A stretch of DNA of 64,000 nt. Origin: a virus (Duplodnaviria > Heunggongvirae > Uroviricota > Caudoviricetes). The stretch's first letter is position 1. Every line of letters starts with the position of its first letter. The position numbers and the translations under genes are program-made. The notes below the pieces were generated by a model that saw only the letters and a program-made list of their open reading frames with translations, searched no databases and was not told the DNA's origin. This document shows, in pieces, positions 29,474 through 38,331 of the stretch. Where the stretch lies: IMG/VR virus record IMGVR_UViG_2877982868_000014; one strand, 5' to 3'.

Positions 29474-29660
29474 TATCTTTCTCCTTATTCAGTCTTCTGC
29501 GGCATTCGGCACAGTCATCAGGGCTTTCAAATGTATCCGGCTCGCGATTATGAGCCAGATATAACCACCGTCCACATATACTGATATTTTCGCCTGTTTT
29601 AAAAAAATGATGCTTCCTGGCCATTAGTGGCCGCGCCCATCCAGCGGGTAGACTATTCAT
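29463..29660 (-). CDS. Hypothetical small protein (65 aa)
   Basis: ORF in operon context, overlapping neighbours. Confidence 0.4.
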   Translation of the reverse strand: MNSLPAGWARPLMARKHHFFKTGENISICGRWLYLAHNREPDTFESPDDCAECRRRLNKEKDNGQ

Positions 29661-29988
29661 TTGCTTTATCCTCCATGCTGGACAGAATCATATGTATTAA
29701 TGTCGGGCGTGGAGATATACGCATTTCATTAAGCGTCTGAAGGGCAGCAACAGCTGCCTGTTTATCGGTGCCTTTGGCAATTTCAGCAAGAGAATGCACA
29801 ATCCATAATGGGCTTAACGCTACGGCTGAATGCAGAATCATGTCATCCATAATAATTTCTGGCATATCCCGTTTGTCACATTCTTTATCCATAAAAGAAA
29901 CGATTTTTTCTGCATCTTCCGGTTTCATGCCTCCGGCGATGAGAATTTTACGATATTCATAAGACGATCTTAATTCAATACTCATCAT
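29653..29988 (-). CDS. Hypothetical protein (111 aa)
   Basis: ORF in low-GC stretch of the early operon. Confidence 0.45.
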   Translation of the reverse strand: MMSIELRSSYEYRKILIAGGMKPEDAEKIVSFMDKECDKRDMPEIIMDDMILHSAVALSPLWIVHSLAEIAKGTDKQAAVAALQTLNEMRISPRPTLIHMILSSMEDKANE

Positions 29989-30000
29989 TCACCTGCCTGT

Positions 30001-30369
30001 TTAATCAGTTTCCAGTGCTTTGCTACGGGCAACAGCCTCACACTCAAAAAATACCGACTCCGGCACACGCTCCTTTAATTCACGAACAAGAAAATCATTA
30101 ACGAGTTCATGACGTCTTATATTTCTTTCCTTTTCCTCCTGGCGCAATACAGCAAGGCGGTATTCAACAGTCCGGCGTTGTTTCTGAAAGACAGCCAGTG
30201 CTTTTCTGGCAGAGTTACGCAATGTATCATCGCCACAGGGTTCGTATTCAAGCTGAAATTTAATCTCTTCAATGGTTTCTTTTATTTTTGCCAGCAAGCT
30301 AAGACAGTCGCTGATTGTCTTCAGTTTTTCATTATCAATATAACTTCTCACGCATTCACCTCCCGTCAT
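30001..30369 (-). CDS. Hypothetical charged helical protein (122 aa)
   Basis: Start MTGGECV overlaps upstream stop (ATGA). Confidence 0.5.
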   Translation of the reverse strand: MTGGECVRSYIDNEKLKTISDCLSLLAKIKETIEEIKFQLEYEPCGDDTLRNSARKALAVFQKQRRTVEYRLAVLRQEEKERNIRRHELVNDFLVRELKERVPESVFFECEAVARSKALETD

Positions 30370-30677
30370 TCCGGTAAAGCTGAAATATGGCACCAGTGCG
30401 TCACCTGTCCGTCCTCATCTTCAAGGCAGGCTCCGGTTTCTTCATCAATAAAAAAGCCTTCATACCCCATATGGCCGATGCGCAGTTCCTGTTGGTCACC
30501 ATACTGAACAATCAGCACGACAGCCTCCATATCAGGCGGGAAAGCATCATTCAGTGAATGCCAGGGATAACCGCGCAAATCCCCGAAATAAACACCGGTC
30601 AGCGTTCCGCCACAGACCGGCATTCCGACGGCACACACAAGGGGTTCATCTGATTCAACAAATAATGTCGTTATCAT
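30366..30677 (-). CDS. Strongly acidic small protein (103 aa), DNA-mimic candidate
   Basis: 18 Asp/Glu vs 2 Arg/Lys; ATGA coupling on both sides. Confidence 0.5.
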   Translation of the reverse strand: MITTLFVESDEPLVCAVGMPVCGGTLTGVYFGDLRGYPWHSLNDAFPPDMEAVVLIVQYGDQQELRIGHMGYEGFFIDEETGACLEDEDGQVTHWCHISALPE

Positions 30678-31225
30678 GGCATTAATTCCCGTAATACAAC
30701 ATCTTCGGCAGTCCGACGACGGTGATAAATAAAACTCACCGTGCCCTCGGATAATTCAAATTTCTCGCCGATTTCCCTAAAGGTAAGACGCCGTGGTGAT
30801 TCAGCATCCCGTAATTCACGAATAAGATGAACATCATCGTCAGGTATGCGGGTAAAAGGCAGTAATTCTCCGTATTTTTTCATGCTTACGCCAATATATC
30901 GCGCCCGATTGTGGACAGAATCCCGGTCTCGCCCCAGATATTCTCCTATTTGCTTACCGGTCATCGTCCTGGCATTTTTTCGGATAAATTTATCTTCATC
31001 AGGTTTAAATCTGAGGCGTTTGCATTTGAGCAACTCCGGGTAAGTACCGCGTAATAAAACAATCCGGTTATGTACACCCCAGAAACTTCTTTTTATCCTG
31101 ACAGCAATATCCTTAACCGGGGTGGATGGATAAAGCGCAATCAGCAGCGCATCTTCTTCAGGTGTCCATGCGCGAACATGAGCGGGTGCACGGCCTTTTC
31201 TCCCCATGGGTTGTAATTTCATCAT
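30674..31225 (-). CDS. Putative DNA-binding protein with Myb/SANT-like and HTH motifs (183 aa)
   Basis: WTPEEDALLIALY...WGVHNRI (Myb-like); LTFREIGEKFELSEGTVSFIY (HTH). Confidence 0.5.
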   Translation of the reverse strand: MMKLQPMGRKGRAPAHVRAWTPEEDALLIALYPSTPVKDIAVRIKRSFWGVHNRIVLLRGTYPELLKCKRLRFKPDEDKFIRKNARTMTGKQIGEYLGRDRDSVHNRARYIGVSMKKYGELLPFTRIPDDDVHLIRELRDAESPRRLTFREIGEKFELSEGTVSFIYHRRRTAEDVVLRELMP

Positions 31226-31228
31226 GCA

Positions 31229-31744
31229 TCACCCCCCGACTCGCTTTTCGGCAGCATAAAACTCATCAGACAGAATTTCGGTCATTTTCCGTTTTGCGGA
31301 ATCATCTTCGCACTGAAGGTAAATAACATCGTCAACGCAGAACCACTTCACGGGACCATGCAATATTGCTGAGAAGTCAATACCCAGCCAGAACAACAGT
31401 GCATCGGTTCTGGCATACGTGACGGGCGAATATTCACGCCACAGACTGTTAAGTTCGTCAGAGGCAACGCGCAGGGCTTTGGGAATACGTGATGTGCGCG
31501 GTGTGCAGCTCCAGCCATTCGACGCAGTCGGTTTTCGCCATAAGTCGCGATGAAAAGGATATTTGTCATCCATAAAGCGCAGCCCTTTAAAACAAAAGCC
31601 ACTGATACCGGATACAAATACCGACCGGCACGCAACATTCAGCACGGCCTCAAGGCGTTTTGCCTCATCCTTAACTTTCTGGCAGTCCTGCTGATATTTT
31701 TGCCACGCGGCCAGCGCGGAAGGGTTTGATGTTTTAAAGAACAT
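31229..31744 (-). CDS. Hypothetical protein (171 aa)
   Basis: ORF in early operon, 3-nt spacing to next gene. Confidence 0.5.
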   Translation of the reverse strand: MFFKTSNPSALAAWQKYQQDCQKVKDEAKRLEAVLNVACRSVFVSGISGFCFKGLRFMDDKYPFHRDLWRKPTASNGWSCTPRTSRIPKALRVASDELNSLWREYSPVTYARTDALLFWLGIDFSAILHGPVKWFCVDDVIYLQCEDDSAKRKMTEILSDEFYAAEKRVGG

Positions 31745-32277
31745 TACGCCACCTCCGCAGATATCCCGGCAGGTGCAGCCGTCCGGTCAACAATCAGGTA
31801 ACGCAGAACATGTTCGGTGATATTCCAGCCGCTTAAACCGCAGATAATGACACCCAGGCGAATGTCGATATACGCCATCACAAACTGGGGCACGCCTTCT
31901 TTCATGGCCTGCTCATCAACTTCAACCACCACATAAACGGTTTCGCAGGTCAGTACGCCCTGAGCAAATTCCCACGCCATCGACGGAATATCATGCCCCT
32001 CAATCCACGGCAGGGATTTTCTGAAGCTGCACCACTGAACATCATCAGCCGCACCTTCCTGGCTGCATTTGCGACGAACCGGCTGCACCGGGCGGGGACG
32101 CGGAATATCATAAAAACCGTTACATTCCGTCAGCACCCCGGCATCGACCGCATCACGCAAAAAATAAACCATCGAGGATGGCGGCATATTCATTTTTTCA
32201 GCCAGAATGCCGCAGGTCAGACGCCCGTAAATACTCAGCCAGTTTTTAACCCCTTCAAGCACTTTTGCATCAATCAT
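31744..32277 (-). CDS. Hypothetical protein (177 aa)
   Basis: ORF in early operon. Confidence 0.5.
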   Translation of the reverse strand: MIDAKVLEGVKNWLSIYGRLTCGILAEKMNMPPSSMVYFLRDAVDAGVLTECNGFYDIPRPRPVQPVRRKCSQEGAADDVQWCSFRKSLPWIEGHDIPSMAWEFAQGVLTCETVYVVVEVDEQAMKEGVPQFVMAYIDIRLGVIICGLSGWNITEHVLRYLIVDRTAAPAGISAEVA

Positions 32278-32280
32278 GAA

Positions 32281-32823
32281 TTATTCCTCCGTCAGCGCCA
32301 CATATTCAGAATGTTTAATTTCCTGGCATTCTTCAGGAATACACCCTTTTATTTCCCTGCCATAAGCGCCTACTTTAAACACCACGCACAGGGCATCACG
32401 GGAGAGCGACGGGGTCCACCAGGAGTCCGTGTTAAACATGGAGGGGATTCTCATTACCCCCAGCTTTTCACAGAGCCAGACAAGGAAATCAGGACGCTTT
32501 CTTAACTCGCGTTCAGCGGCTTCAATCATTGCGGCAATCGCCGGTCCTTCAGGGCATGACTCATCAGGTCTGGCAATAAAGCACGGTCCGTCCCCGATAA
32601 AAGCCACATCATCGCGCTTACGCCAGCCCGCAGGCAGAGCACCAGAAAAATAAAACTCACTGATTACGTCCATGGCAAACGGCTTTAAGCGCAATCCGGC
32701 AGCGCCTGTATTTTTCAGTAATGCCCGAAGAATACTGTTGCGTAGCGGTAAAACAGTCTGTTGATATTTGGTGAAATATTTATTTGTCTGCACACGGTCT
32801 AATTTGAAATAAAAATATGCCAT
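32281..32823 (-). CDS. Hypothetical protein (180 aa)
   Basis: First gene downstream of gam. Confidence 0.5.
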   Translation of the reverse strand: MAYFYFKLDRVQTNKYFTKYQQTVLPLRNSILRALLKNTGAAGLRLKPFAMDVISEFYFSGALPAGWRKRDDVAFIGDGPCFIARPDESCPEGPAIAAMIEAAERELRKRPDFLVWLCEKLGVMRIPSMFNTDSWWTPSLSRDALCVVFKVGAYGREIKGCIPEECQEIKHSEYVALTEE

Positions 32824-32920
32824 ATATCCTGTTCCTTATTTTCAGTTTACAGGCGCAGGCAGTCCCCTGACGCGAGCGCCATACTTAAAACGATGTGATA
32901 TTTAAAGATTTAATGCGGTG

Positions 32921-33451
32921 TTATTTATTCAGTCCGGCGTCCTGTTCAAAAGGCTCGACATAAAAACTTTCAGCGCCTTTATTCACCTTAATACCGGCAA
33001 TGCCTTTCACTGCATCCGGCTCCGCTAGGACCGCTTCCTTGTTCACTTCCTCTTTCGTGCGGATGAATCGCTCAAGCCCCATACGGCGCAGCATTTCAAT
33101 CACACCTTCCACATCACGGCTGACGCTGCATGATGGATTTCCCAGCCGCCATGACACTGTTCCGGTGGTCAGATTGGCTGTTTTGGTTTTGCCGCCGTTC
33201 GTCAGCTCATCGCGGTTGGTTTTGCACCAGTCCTGAATCCCCTTAAAAAGCACTTTGATTTCTTTTTTAAGGTTTTCAATCTGCGGCGTATAACGGGCGG
33301 TGATTTCTGCCACTTCATCATTCATCGCCGTTTCCAGCCGTAGCGCCTCTCGCTGAATATCGCCCAGGGTACGGATATCGCGGCTGACTTCTTCGCGGGT
33401 CTGCGGTGCAGCCTCGGCTGCGGCCTTTAATTTTGTAACACGTTTAGCCAT
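32921..33451 (-). CDS. gam: Gam host-nuclease inhibitor (Mu Gam family)
   Basis: 176 aa; ...DELTNGGKTKTANLTTGTVSWR...RFIRTKEEVNKEAVL... closely matches Mu Gam. Confidence 0.9.
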   Translation of the reverse strand: MAKRVTKLKAAAEAAPQTREEVSRDIRTLGDIQREALRLETAMNDEVAEITARYTPQIENLKKEIKVLFKGIQDWCKTNRDELTNGGKTKTANLTTGTVSWRLGNPSCSVSRDVEGVIEMLRRMGLERFIRTKEEVNKEAVLAEPDAVKGIAGIKVNKGAESFYVEPFEQDAGLNK

Positions 33452-33462
33452 TTTGTTTTTCC

Positions 33463-33756
33463 TTATTGCAGTGTGCCTGATGCTTTATGCACGCGGTGGC
33501 GTTTAATGATGGCATCCGCCCCAAAAGCCTGTACAGATGCCTGAAATTCCGCTGAGAGAAACTGAATAATTTCAGGACTGTGATACTGGAGAATACTTGC
33601 ATAAACGCCACAGAGTGACGTCGGCCTGTTATTCGTATCACGTTCTGTTTTTACATCCACACCAATCTTTTCATGCACTTCAACACAGTCATTGCCTGCC
33701 GGTTTTTCGTCATGCGAAACATGCTTAAATTCAAAAATAACGCGTACTTTGCTCAT
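33463..33756 (-). CDS. Small early protein, paralog A (97 aa)
   Basis: MSKVRVIFEFKH...; tandem paralog of next gene. Confidence 0.5.
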   Translation of the reverse strand: MSKVRVIFEFKHVSHDEKPAGNDCVEVHEKIGVDVKTERDTNNRPTSLCGVYASILQYHSPEIIQFLSAEFQASVQAFGADAIIKRHRVHKASGTLQ

Positions 33757-33760
33757 GGAA

Positions 33761-34033
33761 TTACCCCTGCTGATTAAATTCATTACCTTTAATAACCCCG
33801 GAACGCATGCTCATATCTTTCATGAGCGCACTGGCTTTCATTGCCACAAGTTCAGCAAAGTCTCTGCTTTCCGCGAGCATAACCACCCCAAAAATCATGG
33901 CGGGTCCATCACCTTTCTGCTTTATCCCGGTTGAACGTATGTCCAGACTTACCCCCATGCGCACTGTTCCATCAGCGTTTTTATGGATAACGTGCTCCTT
34001 GTATTCGAAAATAATGCGTACGACTTTACTCAC
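33761..34033 (-). CDS. Small early protein, paralog B (90 aa)
   Basis: MSKVVRIIFEYKEH... Confidence 0.5.
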   Translation of the reverse strand: MSKVVRIIFEYKEHVIHKNADGTVRMGVSLDIRSTGIKQKGDGPAMIFGVVMLAESRDFAELVAMKASALMKDMSMRSGVIKGNEFNQQG

Positions 34034-34311
34034 CCTCTGGTCCTCGTTCTGTTTGGATAACTGACCCGGCGTCTGACCTCACGGCAGAACCGAATCATGG
34101 CATTAAAGGCTTCTTCCTCCGTCACCGCTTCCGGTATCCCCGGAACCAGTAACTGCTCCTGTTCATCACGTCCATGACGCGCCATAACCTCAATCACATG
34201 CCGTACCGTGGCAGGCTTTCCGGCAACTATCGGCAATGCACCTTCCGGCAGGACGTAACCAAACTCAATAAGACCACTCGACCACGCCCATGCAATGAGA
34301 TTTTTTTTCAC
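34030..34311 (-). CDS. Hypothetical early protein (93 aa)
   Basis: ORF in early operon. Confidence 0.45.
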   Translation of the reverse strand: MKKNLIAWAWSSGLIEFGYVLPEGALPIVAGKPATVRHVIEVMARHGRDEQEQLLVPGIPEAVTEEEAFNAMIRFCREVRRRVSYPNRTRTRG

Positions 34312-34312
34312 C

Positions 34313-34579
34313 TCACACCTCCCAGTAAACCGTGCAGCCGCTGATGCGGGTGGCCTTCACACGGCGGCGCAGGCCGTTGGTCTGTATGGTGATTTCAATT
34401 TCACCGGTTCCCTGCACGTTGCCTACCGGCGGCGTGGTTTTCAGTGCAAAACGTTGCGGATAGCGCTTACTGCGTTCCAGTACCGCACCGGCAAGTTCGG
34501 TCAGACGGCGCGCGCTGTTCAGGGAGTCGAATAAATTCATTTTGTTACCGCAGGATTGCATATTCATATAACACCTCAT
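34313..34579 (-). CDS. Hypothetical early protein (88 aa; kil-position)
   Basis: ORF downstream of B. Confidence 0.4.
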   Translation of the reverse strand: MRCYMNMQSCGNKMNLFDSLNSARRLTELAGAVLERSKRYPQRFALKTTPPVGNVQGTGEIEITIQTNGLRRRVKATRISGCTVYWEV

Positions 34580-34807
34580 TTAGCTGACTTGTTTCGCACC
34601 AACAGAACGGCATATTCCGCTGTAAACGTCTGTCGCACCTTCGCGATCAAGTCCGGCAGATATCACCATTCGTGTGCGGTCATTAAATTCAAAAAGAAAA
34701 TCGCCACATTCTTTATTTTCGGCCAGTGAAATCACCTTCACGTTATCGAAATTAACCAGGTAAAAGCGTCCGTAAATATCAGGAATATTAAATACCGCCA
34801 TAATCAC
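34580..34807 (-). CDS. Hypothetical early protein (75 aa)
   Basis: Overlaps B stop. Confidence 0.4.
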   Translation of the reverse strand: MIMAVFNIPDIYGRFYLVNFDNVKVISLAENKECGDFLFEFNDRTRMVISAGLDREGATDVYSGICRSVGAKQVS

Positions 34808-35736
34808 ACCTGTGAGAGTAATTCAGGGTTGGTATAAACCTCTTTAAAGGCCGCATTAATATGTTTTTCTGTCAGCGCCGCGCCTTCACCGCTGGCGGTG
34901 AGCCACGCCTGGTTAAGCGTATGTGTCAGAACGCGTAACGCTCCCGGCTTTTCAGCGATAGCCTGCATGACGGCCAGCTCGGCCTCACCACTGATCCCCC
35001 ACGCCCTGGCAATGGCCAGCACATCCGCCTTTTTGGCCTTGCGAAGTTGTTTTGTACGGGCAAGACGGCTGAACAGGCGCGATAAATCATCAAAGGCGCG
35101 GCGTCCACCTTTAAACAATCCGCGCGGGTTACCAATAAGCACCATCCCGATCCCCGTGGCGTCCTGAATTGCCCGGAGTTGCTCCAGACCGTCAATACCA
35201 AGATGATCCGCCTCATCCACAATCACCAGTCCACGCGTTCCCATCAGGCGACGGCGGATGGCGCGGGATAATGCCCCTTTGTTCGCGCGGGTGTAATCAA
35301 TCCCCAGCGCATCGGCCAGCTCCAGCAGACACTCCGTGACGCTGGAGTGCGCGGGTGACAGGGTGATCATCCAGGTGTTTGGTTGCTCCTGGCAGTAATT
35401 ACGGGCAGTGGCCGTTTTACCCACACCCGGTACGCCCACAATAACGTTAATACAGCCCATCAGACGAACCGCCTGAAACAGTGCGCGCAGCTCCTGGACT
35501 GTCTGCGTTTCCACAAACTGCGGCGGTTCCGGCAGTGCGCTTTGTTTATTCCAGTTCTCATACCAGGAACGCAGGGAAGCAGCCACAGCAGCGTTATCGC
35601 CTTTATATTTTCCCTTACGGAAAGCCGATAATGTGCCGTCGGAAATTCCCGCCTCTCTGGCGATGGCATACTGCGTCAGTACGCCGCCATCAATAAGTTC
35701 ATCAATGGTCTTGATTACATCGTTAATATCAGTCAT
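34804..35736 (-). CDS. Transposition target-DNA activator B (MuB-like AAA+ ATPase)
   Basis: 310 aa; N-terminal HTH, Walker A GVPGVGKT, Walker B LVIVDEAD. Confidence 0.9.
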   Translation of the reverse strand: MTDINDVIKTIDELIDGGVLTQYAIAREAGISDGTLSAFRKGKYKGDNAAVAASLRSWYENWNKQSALPEPPQFVETQTVQELRALFQAVRLMGCINVIVGVPGVGKTATARNYCQEQPNTWMITLSPAHSSVTECLLELADALGIDYTRANKGALSRAIRRRLMGTRGLVIVDEADHLGIDGLEQLRAIQDATGIGMVLIGNPRGLFKGGRRAFDDLSRLFSRLARTKQLRKAKKADVLAIARAWGISGEAELAVMQAIAEKPGALRVLTHTLNQAWLTASGEGAALTEKHINAAFKEVYTNPELLSQV

Positions 35737-35807
35737 ATTATTAACCTCTCATTTGATACCTTGTTTAATCAAATAACCTGAGTCGCCGCTCGGGTTATTT
35801 TTTTATT

Positions 35808-37898
35808 TCAGGCCAGCGGGTCATTTTCTTTTAATTTCGCTTCCAGCAACTGCAATCCCCGCTGGAAATTACGCTCGTATTCTTCATCAGGTTCATCGTC
35901 AGCGACCGGTTGCTGAACGGTCACCGTATTACCCACAGGGCGGTATATGTTTTCCAGCCAGGGCTCCTGCGGCTTGTGCTCCAGCACGTTGACAACCTCA
36001 TCCTCGGCATCACGGATTTTTTCCTCTGCGCGTTTACGCATGCCTTTAAGGCGTTGCTGCTGTTTGTAGTATTCCGCGCTAACCGGGAAGGCTTCGCGTT
36101 TATTACCGTCCCATACCGCCTCGCAAATCACGCTGCCATCCAGGCGACGTACGGTAATTCGTTCGGCATCATGAATGTCATAGCTGATAAGCACCTTACG
36201 ACCATGCTCGTCACGCAGCTCGGGCGCGTAGTAAATATTATTCAGCCAGCGTATTTCACAGCGTCTTACAGGGCGTTCCACCATCGGCCGGAACATATCC
36301 CGCAGCTCAACATCGGACAGCCATTCAATTTCCGTGTCCTCTTCCGCCAGGCGTTTTTTTCTGAACTCCGCCGGGCTGTAATGCTTGCCGTTCGGCTTCA
36401 CCGGTAATTCATCGTGCGGCCGGTTGTTGTACCACTCAACACCGTCACGAATGGCATCAATCAGTTCAGACCAGGACGGTAAATCACGCATCGCTGACTG
36501 CTGCCGGGCGTTCAGCCGTTTGCCCTGTTGCAGGGCAGTAAATGCCGAGCGTAAATCGCGGTTGGTTTTGCGTAACGTCTCGCGATCTGCACCTTTCCCG
36601 AAATAGGTGCGGTATTTACGGGCTATGCGCATCGGTAATGTGCGGTTAAGCCGTTCGATAATGCCTCGTCCCTGCGGATTACCGGCAATCCCGGTCGGGT
36701 GATTAATCCCCAGTCGCGGCAGTATCCCCACAACCTCCTTATCCAGGATGTCGGCGGTTTCCCCGGAGCCGTTATCCGAGTAATACAGAAACGGTTTGCC
36801 GTGATGGCGAATGCCGTGCTGTATGGCACCGGCTACGGCGAAAACATTTTCAGCCAGGTCAAGGCTCCAGCCCACCACAAAGCGCGTGCCACCGTCGATA
36901 ACAAAGGTCACTTCCGGTGCAAATGGCCGACCGTGAACCGGGTGTGCGCATTTCAGCTTCATGCCGTGACCGTCACCAATCCAGACATAATTCACCGGCA
37001 TTCTGGACCAGTCGCGGCGCGTGAATCCCTCAAGCTGGCGGTATTCACTGCCGGTCACCCGGCCTTTTTGTTTCACCACTTCCGGCAGTTTCTTCATTGC
37101 GCGGCGAATGGTGTCATAAGACGGCATGATATCGAGCATATAAGGCTCATCAGCGTGCCGGTGCTGCCATTCAGCGACAAAATCCTCGTAAGCCTCGGTC
37201 ATTGGTCGGCCGTTTGACTGGCGATACTGCGCCAGAAATTCGGGCAGCCAGTTAATATCTTCGGCTTTTATTTCCTGGCGCTTACCCGGTGCCAGTAAAA
37301 GCAGGCGTTCAGCGGCGTTCTGCGCCTTGTTAAAGGCCGCAATCCAGCGTTTCAGCGTTATTTCACTCAACGCACGGCTGTTTCCCTTTTTGGCGTTCGC
37401 CGTCTCAACCATTGCCACAATGCGCTCGTCCAGTTGCGAACGTGCCAGGTTGTCAACGATAAACCGGATAGCTTTCGCACAGCTGAAACCGGGTTGTTGC
37501 GCGACTTTCATCACTTCGCTGACGATCGCAATTCGTGCATCAGCCACCTGGCGCTGGTTTTCAGTCAGGGCATTAAGGCGTTCAACCATCAGTTGTGGTG
37601 ATCCGCGATATGCCTCCACCGCATCAACCACGGCAGGCGAGCGTCTGGCCTTTGTCACCACCGGAGCCGGTGATTCATCAGCTTTTTGCGTCATCAGTTG
37701 AAGGGCATAACGTTCACGCAATACTTGTTGCGCGCCAGAAGGCAAACAATCGATATTAAATTCGATTGCTTTTGTCCCCTTACGTTTGCGTAACATGGCT
37801 GCATTTCCCGCAGCTGCTTTTGTGAGTCGATGGCGAATGTTATGTTCCATCATTGGTAAATCAGGAAGACCAACACATTCTTTTGCTGTTACCCACAT
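35808..37898 (-). CDS. DDE transposase A (MuA-like)
   Basis: 696 aa; MWVTAKECVGLPDLP N-terminus like MuA; between ner and B. Confidence 0.9.
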   Translation of the reverse strand: MWVTAKECVGLPDLPMMEHNIRHRLTKAAAGNAAMLRKRKGTKAIEFNIDCLPSGAQQVLRERYALQLMTQKADESPAPVVTKARRSPAVVDAVEAYRGSPQLMVERLNALTENQRQVADARIAIVSEVMKVAQQPGFSCAKAIRFIVDNLARSQLDERIVAMVETANAKKGNSRALSEITLKRWIAAFNKAQNAAERLLLLAPGKRQEIKAEDINWLPEFLAQYRQSNGRPMTEAYEDFVAEWQHRHADEPYMLDIMPSYDTIRRAMKKLPEVVKQKGRVTGSEYRQLEGFTRRDWSRMPVNYVWIGDGHGMKLKCAHPVHGRPFAPEVTFVIDGGTRFVVGWSLDLAENVFAVAGAIQHGIRHHGKPFLYYSDNGSGETADILDKEVVGILPRLGINHPTGIAGNPQGRGIIERLNRTLPMRIARKYRTYFGKGADRETLRKTNRDLRSAFTALQQGKRLNARQQSAMRDLPSWSELIDAIRDGVEWYNNRPHDELPVKPNGKHYSPAEFRKKRLAEEDTEIEWLSDVELRDMFRPMVERPVRRCEIRWLNNIYYAPELRDEHGRKVLISYDIHDAERITVRRLDGSVICEAVWDGNKREAFPVSAEYYKQQQRLKGMRKRAEEKIRDAEDEVVNVLEHKPQEPWLENIYRPVGNTVTVQQPVADDEPDEEYERNFQRGLQLLEAKLKENDPLA

Positions 37899-37908
37899 AC
37901 ATCCCCCA

Positions 37909-38175
37909 TCAAGCCACTTCTCTGGCGTCCACCTGGTATCTGCTGGGCCAGATTACAGCAGGTTCAACCCCTATTTTTTCGGCGATGGCGGCTTCGTATT
38001 TACGGCACTGGCGGTAAAACACATTGCGCATTGATCCGCTTTTTAATCCTAACTCCCTTTCCAGTTCAGGGAGGTCTGTGCCTTTGTTTTCAAGGGCTGC
38101 ATATACCGCTTTAGCAGACCAGTCACACCCCTCTCGAACAAACAAATTATTCGATGCTTGTCTGGATACCCTCAT
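37909..38175 (-). CDS. ner: Ner-like DNA-binding regulator
   Basis: C-terminal ...EPAVIWPSRYQ matches Ner/Nlp family; divergent from repressor. Confidence 0.8.
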   Translation of the reverse strand: MRVSRQASNNLFVREGCDWSAKAVYAALENKGTDLPELERELGLKSGSMRNVFYRQCRKYEAAIAEKIGVEPAVIWPSRYQVDAREVA

Positions 38176-38331
38176 TGTGTGATCCTCTCATGTTTACCTG
38201 AACCGATAATCAAAACCGGTTATCGATTTAGGTAAATCATAATCGCAAAATAATTCGATATCAACGGTTTTTTGCGAGCATATCGAAATTAAATGCGATG
38301 TCGATAATTTCTTTGTTTTATAGGGGGTTAT
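38176..38331. promoter_or_regulatory. Divergent early/repressor promoter-operator region with TATCGA-type repeats
   Basis: Repeats CCGATAATC, TTATCGATTT, AATTCGATATC, ATATCGAAAT, GTCGATAATT between ner and c. Confidence 0.5.
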
